Source: Spirochaetia bacterium (lineage in GTDB: Bacteria; Spirochaetota; Spirochaetia; WTKD01; G963693115). From it: a stretch of 64,000 nt of DNA. Both the position numbers and the translations under genes were made by a program. The first letter of the stretch is position 1. Each line of letters opens with the position of its first letter. The notes under the pieces were generated by a model. The model saw only the letters and a list, made by a program, of their open reading frames with translations. It was not told where the DNA came from and searched no databases. Positions 48,014-56,190 of this stretch are shown piece by piece. The stretch is from positions 258,251 through 322,250 of the forward strand of contig CBDDCA010000006.1 of NCBI GenBank assembly GCA_965226055.1, written 5' to 3'.

Positions 48014-48765
48014 TTTCTGTTAATAAGTACTTGTCTATTTAAAAATAAGAATAGAGCCGATACTGCAAGATAATATATAACATCTCTCGTATCAATAAGC
48101 CCTTTTACAAAACTGTCAAGATGTGTGGGCAAAGCAATATAGTCTATAAGCTGTGCTAAAAAACGTGGCAAGGCAGGCAAATTTGGAAGATATGCTATAA
48201 GGGTAAGCAAAAAAAGCACAAGTGCAGTTAAAAGGAAATTAGATATTTGATTTTTCGAAAGCGATGAGAGAAAACACCCAAGACTCACTTCGGTAGTAGT
48301 AAGCAGTATAATACCCAGATAGTTTGCAAAAAGTACGCCTAGCTCAAAATCACCAAACGGCAACAACGATAGCGTAAGAATAGTATTTATTACAATCATC
48401 ACAAGAAACAAGCTCAATGCCCCTAAAAACTTTCCTAACACTAACTGCCATTCAGTAAAAGGAAGGGTAAGTAGTAATTCATCTGAACCCGTTTTTTTCT
48501 CTTCTGACCATGTACGCATCGTTACCGCTGGTACTACTATAATAAAAAATATAGGAATAATACTAAAAATAGTGCGAAAATCTGCCCTATTTTGCACAAA
48601 AAATGCTTGAAATTGAAATGTCCATAAAGAGACAATCAATGTAAAAAAGAAAATAAGAATATATGCAATGGGAGAGCTAAAATATTGTTTTAACTCTTTT
48701 TTTACTAATATAAATGTCATGCTACTCTCCTGATTGTTTAGTAATTTTTTCAAAAATGGATTCAA
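48004..48765 (-). CDS. ABC-2 type permease (GldF-like)
   Basis: This polytopic membrane protein is 253 aa as listed in the ORF track. The probable true start is Met16 (ATG 48720), one nt after the ATPase stop codon. Confidence 0.75.
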   Translation of the reverse strand: MNPFLKKLLNNQESSMTFILVKKELKQYFSSPIAYILIFFFTLIVSLWTFQFQAFFVQNRADFRTIFSIIPIFFIIVVPAVTMRTWSEEKKTGSDELLLTLPFTEWQLVLGKFLGALSLFLVMIVINTILTLSLLPFGDFELGVLFANYLGIILLTTTEVSLGCFLSSLSKNQISNFLLTALVLFLLTLIAYLPNLPALPRFLAQLIDYIALPTHLDSFVKGLIDTRDVIYYLAVSALFLFLNRQVLINRKWR

Positions 48766-49663
48766 GGCTGGTACTTTTTTGACTTAATTCCCGTAATCGG
48801 ATACGCTCTTTACTTGCCCAATCAAAAAATATCTCACCTTTCATATACTCAGATAAACCAGTGATAATAACCTTCGTGGAATCATCTTTTTCTTCAACAA
48901 TGTCTACTTTATTCACTCCCTCAACATTTCCTAGAGAAAGCACTGTTTCTTTAGGAACATTGCCTACCAACTCTAAGGAAAATATATCTTCTCCTTTTAG
49001 CTGATGAGATATTTCCTCACTTGTTCCTTCTGCTACAATTTTTCCTTCATTTACAATAAGCACACGCTTACATAACACTTCAACTTCTTGTAGTATGTGA
49101 GTAGAGAGAATAACTGTTTTTGTTTCTCCTAGTTCTTGAATAACTTTCCGTATTTCTTTAATCTGATTTGGGTCTAGTCCTGATGTAGGTTCATCTAAAA
49201 TAACTACTGCAGGATCATGGATAATAGCCTGTGCAAGCCCTACCCTTTGCCTCATTCCTTTTGAAAGACTGGAAATAGGTTTGTACACAAAATCACTAAT
49301 ACCACAACGCTGTATTCCCTTATCTATTGCAGCACCTAAGTCTACCGAACTAATGCCTCTCGCTCTTCCAATAAACTGCAAGTACTCATACACGAGAAGA
49401 TCTTCGTACAGTGGAGTAGTTTCGGGCAAATATCCGACTTGCGATTTTGTAAAAACAGTGTCTTCCACCACACTTTTTCCTGCTATCTTTACTGTTCCAC
49501 TATGTGGATTATGATAGCCTGTTATCATTTTCATAATAGTAGTTTTTCCTGCCCCATTAGGACCAAGGAGACCCACTATTTCTCCTTCAGGTACAAAAAA
49601 ACTTACATCTCTTACTGCTGTAAATGTATCATACCTTTTTGTTACATTTTTTAATTCAATCAT
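48722..49663 (-). CDS. ABC transporter ATP-binding protein (GldA-like)
   Basis: 313 aa. It carries GPNGAGKTT, LSKGMRQRVGLAQA and ILDEPTSGLDP. Confidence 0.92.
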   Translation of the reverse strand: MIELKNVTKRYDTFTAVRDVSFFVPEGEIVGLLGPNGAGKTTIMKMITGYHNPHSGTVKIAGKSVVEDTVFTKSQVGYLPETTPLYEDLLVYEYLQFIGRARGISSVDLGAAIDKGIQRCGISDFVYKPISSLSKGMRQRVGLAQAIIHDPAVVILDEPTSGLDPNQIKEIRKVIQELGETKTVILSTHILQEVEVLCKRVLIVNEGKIVAEGTSEEISHQLKGEDIFSLELVGNVPKETVLSLGNVEGVNKVDIVEEKDDSTKVIITGLSEYMKGEIFFDWASKERIRLRELSQKSTSLESIFEKITKQSGE

Positions 49664-49835
49664 ATGATAGAAATCCTCCTAGTCAATAGAGTTAATATTG
49701 TGTAATGATCAACTATTTATTTAAACTTTACTCCAGTATACAAATATACTAAACACTATGCAAGAGTTACGGGGAATAATTTTTGGGGAAATTAGAGGGT
49801 ACATTAGATAGTAGAACCATAAGTTTGTACTGTTT

Positions 49836-50699
49836 TTAATGAGAGATACTATTAACTTTTAAACTATCTTTGAAAAATAATATTTCTTTTCCATTCTTAG
49901 TTTTATTAGCAAAATGTTTTAGAATAAAAGGTTTTCTATTTTTTACCCAAGAAAAATTTTCATTTATTTCCTCTTTATCATCATAAGAAACAATCCAAGA
50001 AAATTTTTTAATATTTTTAATTTTTTCACTTAAGATTTTATGCTGATCTTGTTTATAAAAGTTTAAGTATAAATCTTTTCCTTTATTAAAATAGGGAGGA
50101 TCAAAATAAAATATTGTCTGCTTATTTTTTTCTTCTTTTTGAATTTTATCAATTAGTTCTAAAACATCTAGATTATGCAGAGTTATTTGTTCTTTATACC
50201 TTGCTATTAATTTGATTTTTTTTATTATTGTATCTTTATTGAATCTACAATTTAATTTATATTTTCCTTTTTGTTTTAAGCCTCCAATAGGACCTCCTTT
50301 TAAAATTCCTGAAAAATTTGCCCTATTTAAAAATAATGTAGAAAAGCCTACCTCTAATGATGAAAAATTTTGTATCTCTTTTTGTATTTCTTTTTGTTTT
50401 TTCCAATTTTCTATACTTATTTCTGTATCATGTATGAGTGTGCATAACTCATCAGTTTTATTCAAAACACAATACCAAAAAGAATAAATAGATTTGTCTA
50501 AATCATTTAAAGTTATTTTTTTAAATTTATTTTCTAATAAAAGATATAAACCAACTGAAGCTCCTCCACAAAAAGGCTCTACATAATGATCATTTATTTT
50601 ATTATCAGTGCAAATTTGAGAAATAAATTTTGAAAGCCTATTCTTTCCTCCTGGATATCTTAATGGTGAATAAAATTTATTTTTAATCATTTTTACCAT
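49836..50699 (-). CDS. Dam-type (D12 class, alpha) N6-adenine DNA methyltransferase
   Basis: 287 aa. LRYPGGKNRL and EPFCGGASV (AdoMet motifs) precede FYFDPPY (motif IV), the order seen in E. coli Dam. The local G+C is very low. Confidence 0.88.
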   Translation of the reverse strand: MVKMIKNKFYSPLRYPGGKNRLSKFISQICTDNKINDHYVEPFCGGASVGLYLLLENKFKKITLNDLDKSIYSFWYCVLNKTDELCTLIHDTEISIENWKKQKEIQKEIQNFSSLEVGFSTLFLNRANFSGILKGGPIGGLKQKGKYKLNCRFNKDTIIKKIKLIARYKEQITLHNLDVLELIDKIQKEEKNKQTIFYFDPPYFNKGKDLYLNFYKQDQHKILSEKIKNIKKFSWIVSYDDKEEINENFSWVKNRKPFILKHFANKTKNGKEILFFKDSLKVNSISH

Positions 50700-51969
50700 A
50701 GTAATGCTTTAATATTTTCCCTACAATTTTAGAACACTGTAAAATATTTGTTTTATCATATTCAATATTTGCGTGAGCATATTTTGCTAATAACGATTCA
50801 AAATCAGAATTTTTTTTCAAAATGTCTGTGCCAATACTATTGAAATTTAATTCTTTTTGATCTAACATATCAGATGCTTTAATTTCTTTCATAAATTCTC
50901 CAAAAACAGCATCATCACTTGCTCGTTTATCTCCCTCATTTTCAAAATATTTTCTTCCAGCAGCCTCCATTATTAGTCTCAAAGACATACCTATAATAGG
51001 TAAGATATTTTTATCTCTTTTAAATGTTTCATAAATTTCATCTAGTATACTATACAAATCATTAACTTTTCCTTTTTTTAGTTCTAATTTTTCTCCAAAT
51101 AAAGTATCTACGATTGCTTTATCTCTAGGAGTTTTTCTTAGTTTTTTTTGTAAATTATTATCTTTTATCACATTCTTGCTACTCTGTTCTGTAAAATTTC
51201 TAATATTTAATTCTTTATCATCAATTAAAGGTTTTATTGATCCTCTATTTTTTCTTGTACTTATTTGTTTACTTTGAATCAATTGTATTAATTTTTCAAA
51301 AATTAATTGTAATTTTTCATCCTTTTCATATGAAGGATAAACACTCTCTAATTTATTATTTGAATCAAAATAAAAACCTAATTTGTAAAAATTATCTACA
51401 GTCAAAATTTCTGTTTTAATAAAATTTTGATCTAGTGCTTTATAATTCTCACTTATTAAATGTGTTGCTTCTTCAATTTTTAAAAATAAACTTTTTTCCT
51501 TTTTCAAATGATAATGATCAAAATAATCTTGTTGTAAAGCAGACCAAGTATTATTTCTTATATTATCTGCTTGTATAATTGTTAATGCTGTTTTCTCATT
51601 ACATAAAACACAAGAAATTTCTTTTAAGTTTACTAAATTTTTTGGTGGACTAGATGGAAATAATTTTTTTTCTATTACAACAGACCATTGTGGATTTTGT
51701 AAATATTTTAATACTACTATTCTTTTATTACCATCATAAACAATATGTTTTTTATTTTTAAAAACAACAATTGGTAATTTATTAAGATGATAGAAATCTC
51801 CCATTTCTTCAATTAGCTTTGGAATATTCCATTTATCTCTATCATCCTTTATGGCTTTTTTTATTATTTCTAAATCTCCAATATCTTCTCCAATTGGATC
51901 TCTTGGATTTTCAGTCCATAAATGTAATTCCGATATTTTTATCTCTTTGATTTTTTGATCATCACCCAT
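50683..51969 (-). CDS. ParB N-terminal (ParB/Srx nuclease-like) domain protein with an uncharacterised helical extension of about 330 aa
   Basis: 428 aa. IKISELHLWTENPRD and VYDGNKRIVVLKYL correspond to the ParB-N box (..NPR.. and DG.RR). I could not assign the remainder by eye. Its 3' end overlaps the methylase start by 17 nt. Confidence 0.65.
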   Translation of the reverse strand: MGDDQKIKEIKISELHLWTENPRDPIGEDIGDLEIIKKAIKDDRDKWNIPKLIEEMGDFYHLNKLPIVVFKNKKHIVYDGNKRIVVLKYLQNPQWSVVIEKKLFPSSPPKNLVNLKEISCVLCNEKTALTIIQADNIRNNTWSALQQDYFDHYHLKKEKSLFLKIEEATHLISENYKALDQNFIKTEILTVDNFYKLGFYFDSNNKLESVYPSYEKDEKLQLIFEKLIQLIQSKQISTRKNRGSIKPLIDDKELNIRNFTEQSSKNVIKDNNLQKKLRKTPRDKAIVDTLFGEKLELKKGKVNDLYSILDEIYETFKRDKNILPIIGMSLRLIMEAAGRKYFENEGDKRASDDAVFGEFMKEIKASDMLDQKELNFNSIGTDILKKNSDFESLLAKYAHANIEYDKTNILQCSKIVGKILKHYYGKND

Positions 51970-52016
51970 ATATTTAATTCCTCCACCTCTCTTGCTTAAT
52001 CTACTTAATAAGTATA

Positions 52017-52958
52017 CTAATCTTTCAATGGAATTGTAAACACTTGCCTTTCTCTACAACATACGAGTGAGTCGAATATATTTTTTGCTTCTTTTTCAAT
52101 TTCTCCAATATCATTTAATGTATAACGAGGGCTAAAATGCAATAATGCAGCTTGGGTAACACCTCCACTTTCTTTCACCATTTGTGCAGCTTCCACCCCT
52201 GTTAAGTGTAATTTTTCTTTTGCTGCCTCCAAGTGTTCTTGCTTAAACATTCCTTCAATAAACACTAAGTCTGAACCTGCCATTTCTTGCACAATATCGG
52301 GCGTTGGACGTGTATCGGTAACATATACAATTTTTCTTCCGCTCCGTGAAGCCCCTAATACTTGATGAGGATAGTATGTTTTTTCGTCAATGGTAATTGT
52401 TTCTCCTCGCTGTAATGTTGCCCAGTGGGGACCTCGCGGTATGTTCAGCTGCACTGCCTTTTCTACATCAAATCGGCCTGGCCTCTCATGTTCAATAAAA
52501 GAAAAACCCCATACTTTACGGGTATGTTTTCCGAGAAATGTTTTGATATGAAATTCATTTTTTTTGTGACAATATACTACAGACTGATTATCCAGTTCTT
52601 CTAAAATAACATACTCTATATCAAAGTTAATGTACATACCAAGACTACGCCTTGTAGCTTCAATAAACTCTCTCACTGCTGCAGGACATACAATAGTAAG
52701 AGGAATATCACGCCCTACCTGTGAAGAGAGCATCAACAGACCAGGCAATCCCGTAACATGATCAGCATGAGAATGACTAATACATACTACATTGATTTTT
52801 TTCCAGCTTACAGAAGCCTTACGTAAACTCAACTGCAAGCCTTCACCACAATCAAACAATATCTCATCAGATCCACGTCTCAGCAATACAGACGACAAAT
52901 GCCTTCGAGGAAGAGGCAGAGACCCACTTGTTCCCATTACAATAGCTTCGAGAATCAT
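52017..52958 (-). CDS. rnz: ribonuclease Z (metallo-beta-lactamase fold)
   Basis: 313 aa. It carries GTSGSLPLPRRHLSSVLL, FDCGEG and the ISHSHADHVTGLPGLL (HxHxDH) motif. Confidence 0.85.
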   Translation of the reverse strand: MILEAIVMGTSGSLPLPRRHLSSVLLRRGSDEILFDCGEGLQLSLRKASVSWKKINVVCISHSHADHVTGLPGLLMLSSQVGRDIPLTIVCPAAVREFIEATRRSLGMYINFDIEYVILEELDNQSVVYCHKKNEFHIKTFLGKHTRKVWGFSFIEHERPGRFDVEKAVQLNIPRGPHWATLQRGETITIDEKTYYPHQVLGASRSGRKIVYVTDTRPTPDIVQEMAGSDLVFIEGMFKQEHLEAAKEKLHLTGVEAAQMVKESGGVTQAALLHFSPRYTLNDIGEIEKEAKNIFDSLVCCRERQVFTIPLKD

Positions 52959-52974
52959 ATATATGTAACTATGA

Positions 52975-54195
52975 CTATACTTCTACTTCTTTTGAATAGT
53001 CTACAGAGTCCCACATAAAACCATGAATAGTATAAAATTCCTTGCGAAATCCATGTATGTCTGTTTTTTCTTCAAGGTTAGTTTCATCTATTTGATTCCA
53101 AATATCCGCTACTTTCTTCTGAATATCGTCTCGCATTTCCCAATCATCCATACGAATACGCTGATGTTCATCAGTACGAATACCTACATTAGTCGCATGC
53201 TCACTTCCGTATATTCTTTCACTAAAGAGTCTCCCCATTTGTTCTATGCATCCTTCATGAATGCCTTCTTCTTTCATCACCTTATATAATATAGCAAGAT
53301 ACAAGGGAACGACAGGAATGACACTACTAGCTCGCGTTACTAACGCTTTATTTACCGAAACATATGCTCGACCGAGTCCTGCTGACTGCATTGCAGTATC
53401 AAGCTCATGTGCAGTAGCTTCTAAATCTTCTTTTGCTTTGCCTATTGTTCCGCTTCTATATAGCTCCTTTGTTAGTTCAGGACCGATATATGAAAACGCA
53501 ATATTGAAGGAATTTTCAGCCAATACCCCAGCTTTCATCAATGCCTCTGTCCATAGCTTCCAATCTTCTCCTCCCATCACTTTCACAGTGTGAGCAATCT
53601 CTTCCTCACTTGCAGGAGCAACATCAATATCATATAAAGAAGAATCAACTATATTGATTGACTTTCCTACAAAATTGTTTCCTATCGGTTTTAATACCGA
53701 ATTATATACTTCCCCTGTAGTAGGATCAATACGCTTTGGTGAAGCAAGGCTATAAATAACAAGATCTATCTTTCCCATTTCTTGCTGTATTACATCAATA
53801 CACTGCTGTTTTATTTCATTACTAAATGCGTCACCATAAATGGAGTTACACCAGAGCCCTGCTTGTTTTGCTTCCGCTTCAAAGGCATGCGTGTTATACC
53901 AGCCTACAGTAGCAGTTCGCTTTTTTGCAGGATTAGCAGGAGCTTCAAAGGCAACACTCAGTGTCTTTGCTCCATATCCAAATGCAGCAACAATACGCGA
54001 GGCTAAGCCATATCCTGCAGATCCTCCAAGAATCAGTACATTTTTCGGAGCATTACTGCTCTTATCTTGAATACTTTGTATGTGTTTTTTGACATACTCA
54101 ATTTGTGATTGCACTAATTTTGTACACCCAGTTGGATGTGCATTTATACAGACATTTTTCATTATTTTTGGTGATACTATCATACTTTCTGCCAT
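52975..54195 (-). CDS. fabV: trans-2-enoyl-CoA/ACP reductase (FabV/Ter family)
   Basis: 406 aa. MIVSPKIMKNVCINAHPTGC..QIEYVKK...KNVLILGGSAGYGLASRI..AFGYGA and KVMGGEDW...GTIGKAKEDLEATAH...VNKALVTRASSVIPVVPLYL...HEGCIEQ parallel the T. denticola Ter sequence as I remember it. Confidence 0.9.
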   Translation of the reverse strand: MAESMIVSPKIMKNVCINAHPTGCTKLVQSQIEYVKKHIQSIQDKSSNAPKNVLILGGSAGYGLASRIVAAFGYGAKTLSVAFEAPANPAKKRTATVGWYNTHAFEAEAKQAGLWCNSIYGDAFSNEIKQQCIDVIQQEMGKIDLVIYSLASPKRIDPTTGEVYNSVLKPIGNNFVGKSINIVDSSLYDIDVAPASEEEIAHTVKVMGGEDWKLWTEALMKAGVLAENSFNIAFSYIGPELTKELYRSGTIGKAKEDLEATAHELDTAMQSAGLGRAYVSVNKALVTRASSVIPVVPLYLAILYKVMKEEGIHEGCIEQMGRLFSERIYGSEHATNVGIRTDEHQRIRMDDWEMRDDIQKKVADIWNQIDETNLEEKTDIHGFRKEFYTIHGFMWDSVDYSKEVEV

Positions 54196-54283
54196 ACTTA
54201 CTCCTATTGATTAAAATATATTACATGGTATTTTACATTATATTAAAACAATGGTATTGTTGCAGTAACTTATTATTGGGGAT

Positions 54284-54692
54284 CACGAGTTCAAGGATTA
54301 AATGCGACAAAGGAGCAAAAAAAGTAAGAAAAATAAAACAAAGCATATTTTTATTAGCTACTACATATAGTGTATATTTAGTATATAATTTTCAATTTAA
54401 GCACTAGAGAAATTTGCTTTATTTTTATATTAATGTTATACTAAATGCAGAATAATAAGAGAACAATAACATTATGAGTGTACAAGTAAAAACTGATACA
54501 AAAGAAACTACTTTAATTTTAAATAATACCGATAAGGAAAATTTGGAAAGATGTTTCTCGGAATGGAAATTCAAAGATTATCAAAGTCTTATGAGGTTCG
54601 TATCATCTATTTTAATTGAGAGCGAAGATAAAATAACAATAGGCATTAAGAAAAGTGGAGTGCTAAAAGAATTTTCACCAGCAGACCATTTA
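54284..54692 (+). repeat. about 400-bp dispersed repeat (copy 2): IS30 IRL-like sequence, leader and small ORF; it matches 26867..27266
   Basis: See copy 1. The first 55 nt or so (gatcacgagttcaaggattaaatgcgacaaaggagcaaaaaaagtaagaaaaa) are identical to the left end of the intact IS30 element 500 bp downstream. Confidence 0.9.
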
Positions 54693-54731
54693 GTAAACGA
54701 TGTCAGAACCTCAGAACAACCAAAAAAGTAG
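54474..54731 (+). CDS. small hypothetical protein (85 aa), paralogue of 27048..27281 with a different C-terminal tail
   Basis: It is identical to the 77-aa protein except A5V, up to ...EFSPADHL. It then reads VNDVRTSEQPKK in place of LKDS. Confidence 0.55.
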   Translation: MSVQVKTDTKETTLILNNTDKENLERCFSEWKFKDYQSLMRFVSSILIESEDKITIGIKKSGVLKEFSPADHLVNDVRTSEQPKK

Positions 54732-54783
54732 TGATAATTATATCACCGATCAACAGTTAAAGGAATTTAATTATGTCACCGAT
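54700..54783 (+). pseudogene. 5' fragment of a paralogue of the 114-aa tail-anchored protein gene, interrupted by IS30
   Basis: MSEPQNNQKSSDNYITDQQLKEFNYVTD compares with MADNQNNKPNAEYSIEHQLKELKQDIITP (27282). The frame runs straight into the IS30 IRL. Confidence 0.5.
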
Positions 54784-55866
54784 CACGAGTTCAAGGATTA
54801 AATGCGACAAAGGAGCAAAAAAAGTAAGAAAAAATAAAAAAAGGAGACACTCTATAATTGTATAAACGAAACAAATTAGGAGGTCTCCTTTATGAGTATA
54901 CCAAAAAACTCATTTCGTCATCTGACAGAGAAAGATCGTACTATTATCGCTACGCTCCGTCATGCAAAGTACAGTGTCAATGCTATAGCCAAACGCCTCA
55001 GTGTCCATCGCAGCACTGTCTATCGTGAAATACAACGCAATGGGGGCAAACGTGTCTATAATGAAGTCATTGCTCACAGACGGGCAAGAAAACGATGGGA
55101 ACAGAGTCATACAAAACACTCTGTTCTTTCTCATACTATTCGTACCTATATCGTTTTTCACCTTATTTTCGATGGCTGGTCGCCCGAACAAATAGCAGGA
55201 AGGCTCAGTATTGATATGCCTCAGTATGCTATCAGTCATGAGACGATATATCACTTTATTTACCGTTTCGCTCCTCATTTGACACAGTATCTGCGAAAAC
55301 AGCACCAAACACGCAAAAAAAGAACCATATCTCACTCTTTTTCTGTTTCTCGTATCCCTCATCGTGTCTCAGTACACGAACGAGGCGATGTTTCTAATGA
55401 ATATGGCCACTGGGAAGTAGATCTTGTTGGCTCTTCTTCAAAAGCTACTGTGCTTGCTTTAGTGGAAAAACATACCCGTTATGTTCTTTTTCATAAGATA
55501 CCTGACAAAACTGCTCATACCGTACAGTATGGCATGCTCTTTGCTCTAAGGAACATACCACGCCATTTATGTAACAGTTTCACTTATGATAATGGGAGTG
55601 AATTTATGCTCCATACTGAAATAAATACACGCTTGAATGCTCGTTCTTATTTTTGTACTCCTTACTGTGCTTGGGAAAAAGGATTAGTCGAACATTCTAT
55701 TGGATTATTACGTCAGTACTTTCCTAAGAAGACTTTGTTTCATAGAGTCAAGCAAAGTGATATACTACAAGTACAAACGCTTATCAATCATAGACCACGA
55801 AAATGTCTTCATTTTTTGACCCCTGCTGAAGCCTTTTCTGTCGCATTTAGTCCTTGAATCCGCACT
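54784..55866 (+). mobile_element. intact IS30-family insertion sequence, about 1.08 kb
   Basis: The IRL is cacgagttcaaggattaaatgcgacaaaggagc. The reverse complement of the right end (55833-55866) is gtgcggattcaaggactaaatgcgacagaaaagg, sharing the core TTCAAGGAyTAAATGCGACA. There is a single transposase ORF inside. The exact termini are uncertain by a few nt. Confidence 0.85.
54892..55857 (+). CDS. IS30-family DDE transposase
   Basis: 321 aa. The N-terminal HTH reads LTEKDRTIIATLRHAKYSVNAIAKRLSVHRSTVYREIQRN. GHWEVDLV, TYDNGSEF and EHSIGLLRQYFPK are the D, D and E blocks typical of IS30 transposases. An RBS aggagg lies 8 nt upstream. Confidence 0.92.
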   Translation: MSIPKNSFRHLTEKDRTIIATLRHAKYSVNAIAKRLSVHRSTVYREIQRNGGKRVYNEVIAHRRARKRWEQSHTKHSVLSHTIRTYIVFHLIFDGWSPEQIAGRLSIDMPQYAISHETIYHFIYRFAPHLTQYLRKQHQTRKKRTISHSFSVSRIPHRVSVHERGDVSNEYGHWEVDLVGSSSKATVLALVEKHTRYVLFHKIPDKTAHTVQYGMLFALRNIPRHLCNSFTYDNGSEFMLHTEINTRLNARSYFCTPYCAWEKGLVEHSIGLLRQYFPKKTLFHRVKQSDILQVQTLINHRPRKCLHFLTPAEAFSVAFSP

Positions 55867-55888
55867 TAGTACAGAAAATAATAAGGAA

Positions 55889-55969
55889 ATGATAATTACT
55901 CTTATGGCTGATAAATTTGAAATTGCTAAAGACGCAATGACTTATCGTCTGGGATTACAAAATAAATAG
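55889..55969 (+). pseudogene. possible 3' fragment of the gene interrupted by IS30
   Basis: MIITLMADKFEIAKDAMTYRLGLQNK shows patchy similarity to DIITPHKFAKIFSDAMRESKGL of the 27282 product. It has no TM tail. The assignment is tentative. Confidence 0.3.
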
Positions 55970-56137
55970 CTTTTTTATGATAGCCTAAAAAACTCTCTGT
56001 AATTGCCCATCATAGCAATACTACAAAAATTTTAATTTTTTACTATAATACTAGTGTATGATGATAACATACAATAATGAAACAAAAGGAGTATTTCTAT
56101 GAATGAAAATAGAGAGCTACAAAGTATGAAAAAAATC

Positions 56138-56152
56138 GGGGGGGGGGGGGGG
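56138..56152 (+). repeat. homopolymer G15 inside the 5' end of the surface lipoprotein gene
   Basis: Counted directly: 3 G at 56138-56140, 10 G at 56141-56150 and 2 G at 56151-56152. Confidence 0.95.
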
Positions 56153-56190
56153 TACACTCTCGATATAAGCAAAACCTAACTATACTAGTA

